Assembly (NCBI GenBank): GCA_037140955.1
Contig: JBAXDL010000005.1
Coordinates: 12,334-76,333, forward strand
DNA: 64,000 nt
From: a bacterium
GTDB lineage: Bacteria > Patescibacteriota > Minisyncoccia > Moranbacterales > GWC2-37-73
Reading direction: 5' to 3'
Below, piece after piece: positions 9,832-19,471 of the stretch (position 1 is its first letter; each line of letters starts with the position of its first letter). Position numbers and translations under genes: made by a program. The notes under the pieces are model-generated. The model was not told the DNA's origin. It was given only the letters and a program-made list of their open reading frames with translations, and did no database searches.

Positions 9832-12561
9832 ATGGAAAAACAAATATACAATTTAACAGTAGAAGAAATTTTGCAGAAGTTTGAGGTTAGCGCAAAGGGA
9901 TTGTCTTCAGCTGAAGCGCAAAAGAGATTGAAAGAATATGGCAAAAATGCAGTAGAGAAAAAACAATCATGGAGTTGGTTTTCTCTGCTATTAAATCAGT
10001 TTAATGATGCTTTGGTGTGGATTTTGCTGGTGGCAGCAACACTTGCTTTTTTCTTTGGCGAGTTTCGTGACACGACGATTATTTTGTTGATTGTTTTTAT
10101 TAATGCTGCAATTGGTTTTTTTCAGGAATATAAAGCAGAAAGGACACTTGAGAATATAAAGCGCTTGGCATCTGATCGGGCTGTTGTTTTGCGCGATGGT
10201 CAACGGGTTGAAATCGATGCTGCTTTCTTGGTTCCTGGTGATGTCATTATTCTCGCTTCGGGTGACACGGTGGCGGCAGATGCATATTTGCTTGAGAGTT
10301 ATGATGTATATGCCAATGAATTTATTTTTACTGGAGAGTCAAAATCTAGCAAAAAACAAATCGGAGCAATTGAGGCAGCATCACTGGTGTTGGCTGATAT
10401 GGATAATATGATTTTCATGGGAACATCTTTGACAAGAGGAAGTGCAACTGCGCTTGTGACTGGGACTGGCATGAAAACGCAACTTGGACAGATTGCACAT
10501 ATGGTCACGGAGGTCAAAGATGAAGACACACCACTGCAAAAACAAATGCGAACACTTGGGCGCGATGTTTCCGTGTTGGCAGTTCTGATTGGAACACTTG
10601 TTATGATCGCTGGATATTATAGTAAGATCTCAATGTATGAAAATTTTCTCTTTGCGCTTGCACTTTCTGTTTCGGTTGTGCCAGAAGGTCTTCCAGCAGC
10701 AATCTCAGTGGCGCTTTCATTGGGCATGAAAAAACTTTTGAAATATAATGTGCTGGCAAAAAAATTAAACGCGGTGGAAACTTTGGCCTCTGTTTCTGTG
10801 ATTTGCTCGGATAAAACAGGAACGATTACTCGAAATGAATTGATGGTTACTGACATTGTTGTTGGCGACGATGAAATCACTGTTGATGGACAAGGTTATC
10901 AGGAAGATGGCGATTTCTTTTCTTTTGGACGCAAAATAAACATTGCAAATTATCCTCAATTGGAAAAATTATTTCGTATTGGAGTGATTTGTAATGATAG
11001 TGCGATAACAAAAAAGGATAGTAATATTGCAATTTCTGGTGATCCAACGGAAGGCGCATTGCTGGTGGTGGCAAGAAAATTTCAAAAAAAGAAAGATTAT
11101 TTTCAACTTGATTGGAATAAAATAAATGAAAATCCTTTTTCTTCTGATCGCATGAGAATGAGTGTGATTTGCAAAAACAAAAATTCCAATGAGGTGATGT
11201 CATTTGTGAAGGGCTCTCCTGATGTACTGATTGATCTTTGCTCTTTCAAGCAAGTTGGTGATCAGTTGATTGAGTTTGGTGAGCAAGAAAAGCAAAAAGC
11301 CAAAAATATTTATAATGCAATGTCAAAAAAGGCTTTGCGAGTTTTGGCATTCGCACAAAAGGATCTAAGTCATGTCGAACAAAGCAGTGTCTTGGAAGAG
11401 GCTGAGAATAATTTGATTTGGGTTGGCATGATGGGAATGATTGATCCTCCACGCACTGATGTGCACATGGCAATTGATGAATGCATCAAGTCTGGCATAA
11501 AAGTTATTATGATAACGGGGGACTATGAAATTACAGCCGAGGCTATTGCCAAAAAAGTTGGTCTTTTGAAGTCATCAAATTCGCAAGTTATCAATGGAAA
11601 AACTCTGGACACTCTTTCTGACAAAGAGTTGATTGCAATAATCTTGGAAAAAGAAGTTGCTTTTGCGCGCATTGCGCCTGAACAAAAATTGCGTATTGCA
11701 ACATTGCTCAAAAAAAGTGGTGCGGTGATTGCCATGACTGGAGATGGCGTGAATGATGCGCCAGCACTCAAGCGTGCTGACATTGGCGTGGCAATGGGTG
11801 TCATTGGCACTGATGTTGCCAAGGAAGCTGCTGACATGATTTTGTTGGATGATAATTTTGCTTCTATTGTCAGAGCCATCAAGCAGGGTAGAACGATTTA
11901 TCAAAATTTAAAGAAATTTGTATATTACGTTTTCACTTCAAATGTCAGTGAATTTTTCACCGTTATTATTGGTGTGCTGCTTCAGATTCCAGCTCCAATA
12001 ACCGCTGTGCAAATTTTGGCGATTGACCTTGGAACTGATATTTTTCCGTCATTTTCACTGGGAATGGAAAAGTCTGAGCCAAATATTATGGATAGAAAAC
12101 CCTTTAGTATTAAGGAAAAAGTTATCGATAGTGGTGGTGTTTGGCGTTTGCTGCGAGTTGGGCTAATTATGGCGCTTGGGGCAATAGTGGCCTTTATTTT
12201 GTCTATGAAAAGGGGTGGCTGGGACTTTGGGAATAAAATTGACGTTAGTAGCGTATTATACATTAGGTCCACTTCAGCAGCCTATGCGGTTCTTTCCATG
12301 ACTCAAATGGCAAATTTGATGCAAGCACGCAGTGAGACACTTTCTGTTTTTGCGATTGGTTTTTTCAAAAACATGTATGCGATTGGCGCTATTGTGATTT
12401 CTGTTGGAATGTTGCTAATGTTTATGTACGTTCCATTTTTGCAGAAATATTTGCATATGCTGCCGATTACCTGGAAAGATTGGATTGCTGTTTTGGTTGC
12501 AACTATTGTAGTGTTTGTTTTTGAAGAGGGAAGGAAATCTGAAAAATTGAAAAAAGTATAA
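9832..12561 (+). CDS. P2-type cation-transporting ATPase (Ca2+/Mg2+ family)
   Basis: DKTGTIT, PEGLPA (type II hallmark), GDGVNDAPALKRADIGVAMG; 909 aa with N- and C-terminal TM bundles. Confidence 0.9.
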   Translation: MEKQIYNLTVEEILQKFEVSAKGLSSAEAQKRLKEYGKNAVEKKQSWSWFSLLLNQFNDALVWILLVAATLAFFFGEFRDTTIILLIVFINAAIGFFQEYKAERTLENIKRLASDRAVVLRDGQRVEIDAAFLVPGDVIILASGDTVAADAYLLESYDVYANEFIFTGESKSSKKQIGAIEAASLVLADMDNMIFMGTSLTRGSATALVTGTGMKTQLGQIAHMVTEVKDEDTPLQKQMRTLGRDVSVLAVLIGTLVMIAGYYSKISMYENFLFALALSVSVVPEGLPAAISVALSLGMKKLLKYNVLAKKLNAVETLASVSVICSDKTGTITRNELMVTDIVVGDDEITVDGQGYQEDGDFFSFGRKINIANYPQLEKLFRIGVICNDSAITKKDSNIAISGDPTEGALLVVARKFQKKKDYFQLDWNKINENPFSSDRMRMSVICKNKNSNEVMSFVKGSPDVLIDLCSFKQVGDQLIEFGEQEKQKAKNIYNAMSKKALRVLAFAQKDLSHVEQSSVLEEAENNLIWVGMMGMIDPPRTDVHMAIDECIKSGIKVIMITGDYEITAEAIAKKVGLLKSSNSQVINGKTLDTLSDKELIAIILEKEVAFARIAPEQKLRIATLLKKSGAVIAMTGDGVNDAPALKRADIGVAMGVIGTDVAKEAADMILLDDNFASIVRAIKQGRTIYQNLKKFVYYVFTSNVSEFFTVIIGVLLQIPAPITAVQILAIDLGTDIFPSFSLGMEKSEPNIMDRKPFSIKEKVIDSGGVWRLLRVGLIMALGAIVAFILSMKRGGWDFGNKIDVSSVLYIRSTSAAYAVLSMTQMANLMQARSETLSVFAIGFFKNMYAIGAIVISVGMLLMFMYVPFLQKYLHMLPITWKDWIAVLVATIVVFVFEEGRKSEKLKKV

Positions 12562-12596
12562 GTGTGAAAATTGTTAAATATTTAATTTGATAAATT

Positions 12597-13529
12597 ATGA
12601 TTAAAATGCAAGAAAATGTTTCCCTGTCCACACTGACGTCATTTCGTATTGGTGGAAATGCAAAATTTTATGTTGAAGTTTCAACAATTGAAGAGTTGAA
12701 AGAAGCAGTTGCTTTTGCTAAAGAAAAGGCAATTGATTTTTATGTTTTGGCTGGAGGCACAAATTTGTTGGTTAGTGATGATGGCTATGACGGTCTTATT
12801 GTTCGAATGAAAATGAATGCAGTGATCGTCAATGGCGAGGAATTGGAAGCGCAAGCTGGCGCAGCACTCATTAAGGCGATAAACACGGCCGCTCAAGCTG
12901 GTCTTACTGGTATGGAAAAAATGGCCGGAATTCCCGGAACAGTTGGTGGTGCTATTAGGGGAAATGCTGGTGCCTTTGGAACAGAAGTAAAATCTTGCAT
13001 CAAGAGCGTCACCGCTTTTGATTGTGAAAAAATGGAAACAAAAAGTTTTGATCTTGCGGAGTGTGATTTTAAATATAGAGAAAGTATTTTCAAGCACAAC
13101 ACAAATTTGATTGTCGTTTCTGCTATTATTGATTTGAAAAAATCAGATGCAACAGAAGTTCAGAAATTAACCCAAGAAACAATTGCCATGCGCGCAAGCA
13201 AGGGATTACATGGGGTCAGAAGTGCTGGATCATATTTCATGAATCCTGTTACTGAAAATGAAAAACTTTTAACTGATTTTGAAAAAGAAAAAGGTGTCCC
13301 TGCCAGAAACAATACTCTTCCGGCTGGTTGGGTGATTGAGCAGGCTGGACTTGCTGGCAAAAAAATGGGTGGTGCAGCAATAAGTGAACTGCATGCTAAT
13401 TATATTGTCAATGACACTGGAGATGCTAAAGCAGCTGATGTTATTATGCTAGTAGGTTATATCAAGCAACAGGTTAGGGATCAGTTTGGAATTCAACTGA
13501 ATGAAGAGGTGAACTATCTTGGATTTTAA
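12597..13529 (+). CDS. murB: UDP-N-acetylenolpyruvoylglucosamine reductase
   Basis: FAD-binding 'FRIGGNAKFY', 'GGTNLL'; type II MurB length. Confidence 0.85.
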   Translation: MIKMQENVSLSTLTSFRIGGNAKFYVEVSTIEELKEAVAFAKEKAIDFYVLAGGTNLLVSDDGYDGLIVRMKMNAVIVNGEELEAQAGAALIKAINTAAQAGLTGMEKMAGIPGTVGGAIRGNAGAFGTEVKSCIKSVTAFDCEKMETKSFDLAECDFKYRESIFKHNTNLIVVSAIIDLKKSDATEVQKLTQETIAMRASKGLHGVRSAGSYFMNPVTENEKLLTDFEKEKGVPARNNTLPAGWVIEQAGLAGKKMGGAAISELHANYIVNDTGDAKAADVIMLVGYIKQQVRDQFGIQLNEEVNYLGF

Positions 13530-13581
13530 TAATCTGATATAATTCATTTGGTTTCGACTAATTTCTTAAATACAAAAACAT

Positions 13582-13950
13582 ATGACAAGCACGACTGAAA
13601 ATGTAAGATTTTTGTTTAAAGGGGTTGAGGTGGAAAAGAAAACCAGGTATTATATTGAAAAACACTTGAGCAGTTTGGACAACAAGTTCATGGAGGATGT
13701 TACTTTGACTGAAGTTGAAATAGACATCGACAAGAAGGGAAAATTTCGAGCAGAGATCATGATTAAAACACCAAGAAATCTTTTCCGTGCAGAAAACACG
13801 ACTGAAAGTATTGAGGCTTCGGTTGATCTTTGCATCAAGGAATTGCAAGAGCAAATAACTCACCAGAAAGATAGAGTCCGAACAATTAGAAAAAGAGGAG
13901 CACTTTCACTGAAAAAGAAAACTGTGGTTGCAAAAGAAGCTCGCTTCTAA
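13582..13950 (+). CDS. hpf: ribosome hibernation promoting factor / RaiA family
   Basis: YfiA/HPF fold signature 'VEIDIDKKGKFRAEIMIK...'. Confidence 0.75.
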   Translation: MTSTTENVRFLFKGVEVEKKTRYYIEKHLSSLDNKFMEDVTLTEVEIDIDKKGKFRAEIMIKTPRNLFRAENTTESIEASVDLCIKELQEQITHQKDRVRTIRKRGALSLKKKTVVAKEARF

Positions 13951-13974
13951 TTGGCAGAAAAATATAAATCAAAA

Positions 13975-14004
13975 AAAGAAGATATTAACGTGTCTTCTTT
14001 TTTA
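13975..14004 (+). terminator. rho-independent terminator after hpf
   Basis: agaaga/tcttct stem followed by a T-run. Confidence 0.55.
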
Positions 14005-14044
14005 ATTATGAAATAAATATGGTATAATTGCATGGTAATTAATT

Positions 14045-14632
14045 TTGAAAATAAAAATGGATAAAACAATAAAAATAGGACTTATCGCGGTTGTTGTTTT
14101 GGGTCTTGTCAGTGGAGCATTCTTGTTTTTTGGTAGAAAAAAAGCACCAGCGCCTCTGCCAGCAAAAAAAGTGCAAGCAACAGCTCCAATAAATAGTTCA
14201 AGTCTGACACCGGCTGAGCAAAAACCAACAACCTTGCCATCTCAAGCTGCAAATGCAGGCACTCCAACACCAAGCACCACTGCTCCAGTTGCAAAGCCAG
14301 CTGTGAGTAAAGCACCTGTTGCTGCATCTAAAGATGATGCAAGGAAAAAAATAGTTACTAGTCAATGGGCACAATGTGCTGGAAAAACAATGCCAGCAAC
14401 AACAAATTTGATTTGGAGTATTAAAATTCTTGAAGGTATTCCTGTTGGTGGAACATATGCCAAAGGAACTCTTAATGGTGATGCAGGCTTTCCCGTGCAA
14501 ATTACAATAAAAAAGACCAGCACCATTGTTGATAAAATAAAAGCCATGCTTGTTACTGACAAAATGGCATTTCTGCGTGGAACATGTGGTGGTTTTTCTG
14601 CTAGCGGAGCTGTGATGTTGGAAGTTTTTTAA
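14045..14632 (+). CDS. secreted/anchored Ala-Pro-Thr-rich protein, hypothetical
   Basis: N-terminal TM/signal, low-complexity APT linker, globular C-terminus. Confidence 0.5.
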   Translation: MKIKMDKTIKIGLIAVVVLGLVSGAFLFFGRKKAPAPLPAKKVQATAPINSSSLTPAEQKPTTLPSQAANAGTPTPSTTAPVAKPAVSKAPVAASKDDARKKIVTSQWAQCAGKTMPATTNLIWSIKILEGIPVGGTYAKGTLNGDAGFPVQITIKKTSTIVDKIKAMLVTDKMAFLRGTCGGFSASGAVMLEVF

Positions 14633-14670
14633 TTGGATAAAAAATAAGATTTGATTTTCTTGAGATAGAT

Positions 14671-14708
14671 AAAGAGGCGGTCCGTTTGGATCGCCTCTTG
14701 TTTTTTTG
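14671..14708 (+). terminator. rho-independent terminator
   Basis: agaggcg/cgcctct stem followed by a T-run. Confidence 0.6.
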
Positions 14709-14725
14709 GTTAAATAATTTCTGAC

Positions 14726-15196
14726 CTATTTTTTATCACCTCCTTTTTTGTGATAGTGCACAACAATTGCTGTGGTGCACTTACTGAAAACTCGTCCGCT
14801 GCCTGGCATTATTTTTTCGATAGCGAATGAGGGAGTTAAATACTCCTTTCTGTCTACTACCACATCAGGGGACTTCATGAGTAGTTCATCAATCTTGTTT
14901 TCAAGTTCCCAATAATAACATCTATCTGTTTCGTTGGTTTTTGTGAATACGACGGTTTTGTCGTTATCACGCTCTCTAGCAGTAGCAACTGCTTTCTGAT
15001 ATGCAGCCACTTCCTCCCTGGAAAGCTCCTTTTTTATGGGAGTCTTTACCGGTGCACCATTCTGTGGCAGCGTTGTTGCAAAATTCTCACTACAGCTTTG
15101 TCCAGCTGGGCATGGCTCAGTTGCTAAGACAAAACTTGCGCCCAATATTATAAAAAACACAGCCATCACAAGTACCACCAAAATATTTTTTTTCAT
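14726..15196 (-). CDS. secreted hypothetical protein
   Basis: signal peptide; RBS aaaaggagaag upstream on the minus strand. Confidence 0.55.
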   Translation of the reverse strand: MKKNILVVLVMAVFFIILGASFVLATEPCPAGQSCSENFATTLPQNGAPVKTPIKKELSREEVAAYQKAVATARERDNDKTVVFTKTNETDRCYYWELENKIDELLMKSPDVVVDRKEYLTPSFAIEKIMPGSGRVFSKCTTAIVVHYHKKGGDKK

Positions 15197-15420
15197 GAAC
15201 TTCTCCTTTTTTGTGCCTCATTTGAGGCTAGAATATGTTATATTGCTATAACTTTTTATTATACTCTTTTTTTGTTATTTTGTCAACCATATTGTTTGTT
15301 AAAATTTTCGCTTTACGCTGCGTTTTTTTTGGTGTAGAATGAACAAAGAAATAAAGTTTCAAATTGAATTGAACTCTGCACAATTACTCGACCATTTTCC
15401 TTTTTTGGAAGAAGAAGTAT

Positions 15421-15503
15421 GTGTCATTCCGGGCTTGACCCGGAATCTAGTTTGAATTATTAATTAAAGTGTAACATAGATTCCCGCTTTCGCGGGAATG
15501 ACA
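15421..15503. repeat. nested palindromic element: two 8-bp-stem hairpins (ATTCCGGG..CCCGGAAT and ATTCCCGC..GCGGGAAT) that are themselves inverted copies
   Basis: tgtcattccgggcttgacccggaatctag [26 nt] tagattcccgctttcgcgggaatgaca; followed by ttattttttttg. Confidence 0.5.
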
Positions 15504-15577
15504 ATAGCTATTATTTTTTTTGAACATTTGAATTTGTTTAGAAATTAAAAATTAGAAATTAAAAATTTTATACCATT

Positions 15578-18223
15578 ATGACACTATTTAGCAAAATATT
15601 TGGTTCAAATGAAAGAGAAGTGAATAAGCTCAGGCCAATCGTGGAAACCATTAATTCGCTTGAAGAAAAAATGATTCCACTTTCAGATGAGGAGTTGAGA
15701 GATAAGGCCAAGGAATTCAGGCAAAGAGTTGAAAAAGGAGAAACTTTGGATCAAATTTTGCCAGAAGCCTTTGCTGTTGTTCGTGAAGTTGCCAAGCGAG
15801 TTAATAATACTCGTCATTTTGATGTGCAGATGTTGGGAGGAATCGCATTGCATCATGGAAAAATAACCGAAATGAAAACTGGAGAAGGAAAGACTCTGAC
15901 TTCAACACTTCCGATTTATTTGAATGCAATTGAAAACAAGGGTGTGCATGTGGTGACTGTTAATGATTATTTGGCAAAGCGAGATTGCAACTGGATGGGT
16001 TCAATTTATCATGCGCTGGGGCTTTCCACTGCTTGCATCATGCATGATGTTTCATATATTTATGAACCACAAGTTTTTGACACTGATGAAGTTAGTGTTG
16101 AAATGGAAAACCTTTCCGAGATCAGCAGAAAAGAAGCTTATGCTGCTGATATTACCTATGGAACAAATAATGAATTTGGTTTTGATTATCTGCGAGACAA
16201 CATGGTACAAAATCATGAACAAATGTCACAACGAGAACTAAATTATGCAATTGTTGATGAAGTTGATTCTATTTTGATTGATGAGGCTCGTACTCCACTG
16301 ATTATTTCTGCACCTGACAGTGAGTCAACCAAATTGTATCAACGTTTTGCACAATTGGTTCCTCGTCTTTTGGAAAAAGAAGACTACGAGGTTGATGAGA
16401 AAATGAAAGCAGTGACTTTGACTGAAAATGGAATTGCAAAAGTGGAAAGAGATTTAGGCGTTGGAAATATCTATGAACTTGGGAAGATAAACTACGTTCA
16501 TCACCTGGAGCAATCTCTTCGCGCTGAAGCTTTGTTCAAGTTGGACAAGGATTATGTGGTCAAAGATGGTCAGGTTATTATTGTGGATGATTTTACTGGA
16601 CGTCTTATGGAAGGACGTCGCTATAGTGATGGTTTGCATCAAGCAATTGAAGCAAAAGAAGGGGTTGAGGTTCAAAAAGAATCTCGCACTTTGGCCACCA
16701 TCACCTTTCAAAATTATTTTCGCATGTACAAAAATTTGGCCGGAATGACAGGAACAGCCTCAACTAGCGCCGAGGAATTTTCAAAGGTGTACAAAATTGA
16801 TGTGATGGAAATTCCAACGAACAAAGTTTTGATTCGTAAAGATTTGCCTGATGTCGTTTATAAAACAGAAAAAGGAAAATTTGATGCAATTGTGCAAACA
16901 ATCAAGGAGGCACATTCAGTTGGGCAACCATTTTTGGTTGGAACAATTGCTATTGAGAAATCGGAATATTTGAGCGCACTTCTTTCTCGTGAGGGAATTG
17001 CTCATGAAGTTTTGAATGCAAAGCATCACGAAAGAGAAGCTGCGATTATTGCTGGAGCTGGTCAAAAAGGTGCGGTGACAATTGCCACAAACATGGCTGG
17101 GCGAGGAACTGACATTAAACTCGGAGAAGGGGTGAGAGAAGTTGGTGGGTTGTATATTATTGGCACTGAACGACATGAAGCCAGGCGAATTGACAATCAA
17201 CTTCGAGGAAGAGCTGGACGTCAAGGTGATCCAGGTGCTACTCAGTTTTATGTTTCACTAGAGGATGAATTGATGCGAAGATTTGGAGGTGACAGGTTGA
17301 AAAACATGATGGACACGCTTGGTCTTCCTGAGGATCAACCTATTCAAAATGCAATAATCTCACGCACAATTGAAAGTGCCCAGTCAAAAATTGAAGGGTA
17401 TAATTTTGATATTCGAAAACATGTGCTTGATTATGATGATGTGATGAACAAGCAACGAGAGGTTGTGTACAAAAAACGCAAAGAAATTTTGGCATCGAGT
17501 GATATGAAAGCGGAGGTGATGCAATATGTTGAAGAGGAAATAGAGAGAACTATTTCTGTGCATTGCACTGGCGAGGAATATCAATGGAACATTGAGATGA
17601 TTGCAACTGAATTGCAAAATATCTTTGCATTCAACGAGCAAGACAAAAAGAAGCTTGAACAAGTTCGCGATGACAAGTCAAAAAACACAGTTGAAAAAAT
17701 TTCTCTCATGATGGACTATGTCATGGGCAGATCAAAAGAAGCTTATATTCAAAAAGAAAAAGAAATAGGCGTGGATGTTTTGAGGCAAATCGAAAAAGCG
17801 ATCGTTTTGCAAACAATCGACACCCTTTGGATGAATCATTTGGATGAAATTGATTATTTGCGACAAGGCATCGGGCTTCGTGGTTATGGTCAGCGTGATC
17901 CATTGATTGAATACAAGCGAGAGGCTTTTCATATGTTTTCAAATTTGATGGAAAACATGAGATCGACAACTGTGCGCACTATTTTCAAAGTTTCTGTTAT
18001 GTCTGCTGCTCCTTCGGCCGCAGCTTCTGTTGCGCCAAAAAATATTCAATTTCATGGAGCCCAGGATAATGTTTCTGCCATTGGAGAGGTTAGTGAGGGT
18101 GGCGCTCAAGCAAATGAAAGTCACACTGCTCAAAAACCAATCATAAACAGAGAGAGTGTTGGAAGAAATGACAAATGTCCTTGTGGTAGTGGAAAAAAAT
18201 TCAAGAATTGCTGCGGAAAATAA
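15578..18223 (+). CDS. secA: preprotein translocase ATPase SecA
   Basis: DEAD-like motor motifs and a C-terminal Zn finger 'CPCGSGKKFKNCCG'. Confidence 0.95.
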   Translation: MTLFSKIFGSNEREVNKLRPIVETINSLEEKMIPLSDEELRDKAKEFRQRVEKGETLDQILPEAFAVVREVAKRVNNTRHFDVQMLGGIALHHGKITEMKTGEGKTLTSTLPIYLNAIENKGVHVVTVNDYLAKRDCNWMGSIYHALGLSTACIMHDVSYIYEPQVFDTDEVSVEMENLSEISRKEAYAADITYGTNNEFGFDYLRDNMVQNHEQMSQRELNYAIVDEVDSILIDEARTPLIISAPDSESTKLYQRFAQLVPRLLEKEDYEVDEKMKAVTLTENGIAKVERDLGVGNIYELGKINYVHHLEQSLRAEALFKLDKDYVVKDGQVIIVDDFTGRLMEGRRYSDGLHQAIEAKEGVEVQKESRTLATITFQNYFRMYKNLAGMTGTASTSAEEFSKVYKIDVMEIPTNKVLIRKDLPDVVYKTEKGKFDAIVQTIKEAHSVGQPFLVGTIAIEKSEYLSALLSREGIAHEVLNAKHHEREAAIIAGAGQKGAVTIATNMAGRGTDIKLGEGVREVGGLYIIGTERHEARRIDNQLRGRAGRQGDPGATQFYVSLEDELMRRFGGDRLKNMMDTLGLPEDQPIQNAIISRTIESAQSKIEGYNFDIRKHVLDYDDVMNKQREVVYKKRKEILASSDMKAEVMQYVEEEIERTISVHCTGEEYQWNIEMIATELQNIFAFNEQDKKKLEQVRDDKSKNTVEKISLMMDYVMGRSKEAYIQKEKEIGVDVLRQIEKAIVLQTIDTLWMNHLDEIDYLRQGIGLRGYGQRDPLIEYKREAFHMFSNLMENMRSTTVRTIFKVSVMSAAPSAAASVAPKNIQFHGAQDNVSAIGEVSEGGAQANESHTAQKPIINRESVGRNDKCPCGSGKKFKNCCGK

Positions 18224-18338
18224 GAATATCAAAATAAGAACACTATTTCTTATAGGCATCTACTGAATTAAAGTTGGTTACTTGGAAAGCTCACAATGAA
18301 AGTTTGTGAAGCTTTTCTTTTTTATGTATAATTGAGAT

Positions 18339-18797
18339 ATGAAATATTTATCATTTGAAAAATCCGTTGGCGCGGTTGTTTATCGAAAAGTTGGAAATGA
18401 GATCTTGTTTCTTTTGTTGCAATATCGTTCTTGGCAATGGGATTTTCCAAAGGGGCATGTGGAAAAAAATGAAAATGAAAAGCAAACTCTTTGCAGGGAA
18501 GTTTTGGAGGAAACCGGCATTGATGATCTTGTAATTTTGCCAAAGCCTCGAGTTTCTGTGCATTATTTTTATCGTGCTAAGGGAAATGAAAAAAATGAAA
18601 GAATTTTAAATAAAAGAGGTGTATATATTTTCAAGAATGCTGTTTATTATGCTGCGCAAACAAATACTGAAAATGTTTCAATTGATTTCGAAAACAAAGC
18701 CTACGCCTGGCTTAACTTTGATCAGATTTGCAAAAAACTCACGAATAATGGCTCAAAAAAGGTAATAAATGAAGTTTATGCAGCGTTAAAGGAATAA
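18339..18797 (+). CDS. NUDIX hydrolase
   Basis: Nudix box 'GHVEKNENEKQTLCREVLEETGI'. Confidence 0.8.
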   Translation: MKYLSFEKSVGAVVYRKVGNEILFLLLQYRSWQWDFPKGHVEKNENEKQTLCREVLEETGIDDLVILPKPRVSVHYFYRAKGNEKNERILNKRGVYIFKNAVYYAAQTNTENVSIDFENKAYAWLNFDQICKKLTNNGSKKVINEVYAALKE

Positions 18798-18906
18798 TTT
18801 CCCCGGAAGTGGTTCAATGGTTATTTGTCAAAACATATTTTTTGCTTTACTCTTGAATTAAAGTAGTTCTTGAAAATACAATAAAACGAACAAGGGGGGG
18901 GTAATA

Positions 18907-19248
18907 ATGTTAAATTCTACTATCAAGAAGAAGGAGAAGCATTTCGTTAGTATTTTTGCTCATACAAATCTTGCAAAAGATGTTTGTGAAAATGTAATAA
19001 TTGATTGCCTGAAAGACCTTGATCATCAAAAAATCTCTGTCGCTGTCCATGTTGAGCAGGACACTGGATTAAAGCTTCGCAGTGGTGCTTGTATTACACA
19101 TTTGTTTGTGGTTGGGGATACTGATGGTCGCGGATGGGTCAATAGTGGCATGCGTGATCTTTGTGCCTGTCTTGAGAGAAGTGGGTATTACATTCAAACA
19201 ATGAATTCTTCTCATTCTTTTATTTCTAGAGCTGAAGATGAAGAGTAG
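18907..19248 (+). CDS. hypothetical protein
   Basis: 113-aa ORF with RBS 'gggggggtaataATG'. Confidence 0.45.
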   Translation: MLNSTIKKKEKHFVSIFAHTNLAKDVCENVIIDCLKDLDHQKISVAVHVEQDTGLKLRSGACITHLFVVGDTDGRGWVNSGMRDLCACLERSGYYIQTMNSSHSFISRAEDEE

Positions 19249-19262
19249 AAAATGTTTTTACT

Positions 19263-19293
19263 ATGGGCTCACGATGTGCGCCCATTTTTTTGT
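19263..19293 (+). terminator. rho-independent terminator
   Basis: atgggc...gcccat stem followed by tttttttg. Confidence 0.5.
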
Positions 19294-19335
19294 AGATATT
19301 GCATGTTTGGTTTTTTTGATATAAAATTAAATTTA

Positions 19336-19471
19336 TGAATCCGGTAGTGAAAATTCAAAAGAAGGGAATATCGGATTGTTTCTGGAATGTTTTTAATCCA
19401 ATATGTAGCATTTTTATATAATTAAGAATTTTTTGAGCAAAGCTCATTTGAATTTCTACTACCGGATGAAT
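19336..19471. repeat. about 22-bp imperfect inverted repeat bracketing the secD 5' leader and start codon
   Basis: atgaatccggtagtgaaaattc ... gaatttctactaccggatgaat; the right arm contains the secD ATG. Confidence 0.5.

Noticed and set aside
15426-15499. ATTCCC-N8-GGGAAT hairpins resembling the Neisseria dRS3 repeat
   Set aside because: Short palindromes of this type arise easily; the genome is clearly not neisserial and there is no IHF site or Correia context. Kept only as a local structural feature.
18795-18870. tRNA-like D-loop string (agtggttcaatggtta) downstream of the NUDIX gene
   Set aside because: No complementary acceptor stem, no T-loop GTTCRA and no CCA-proximal pairing; it cannot form a cloverleaf.
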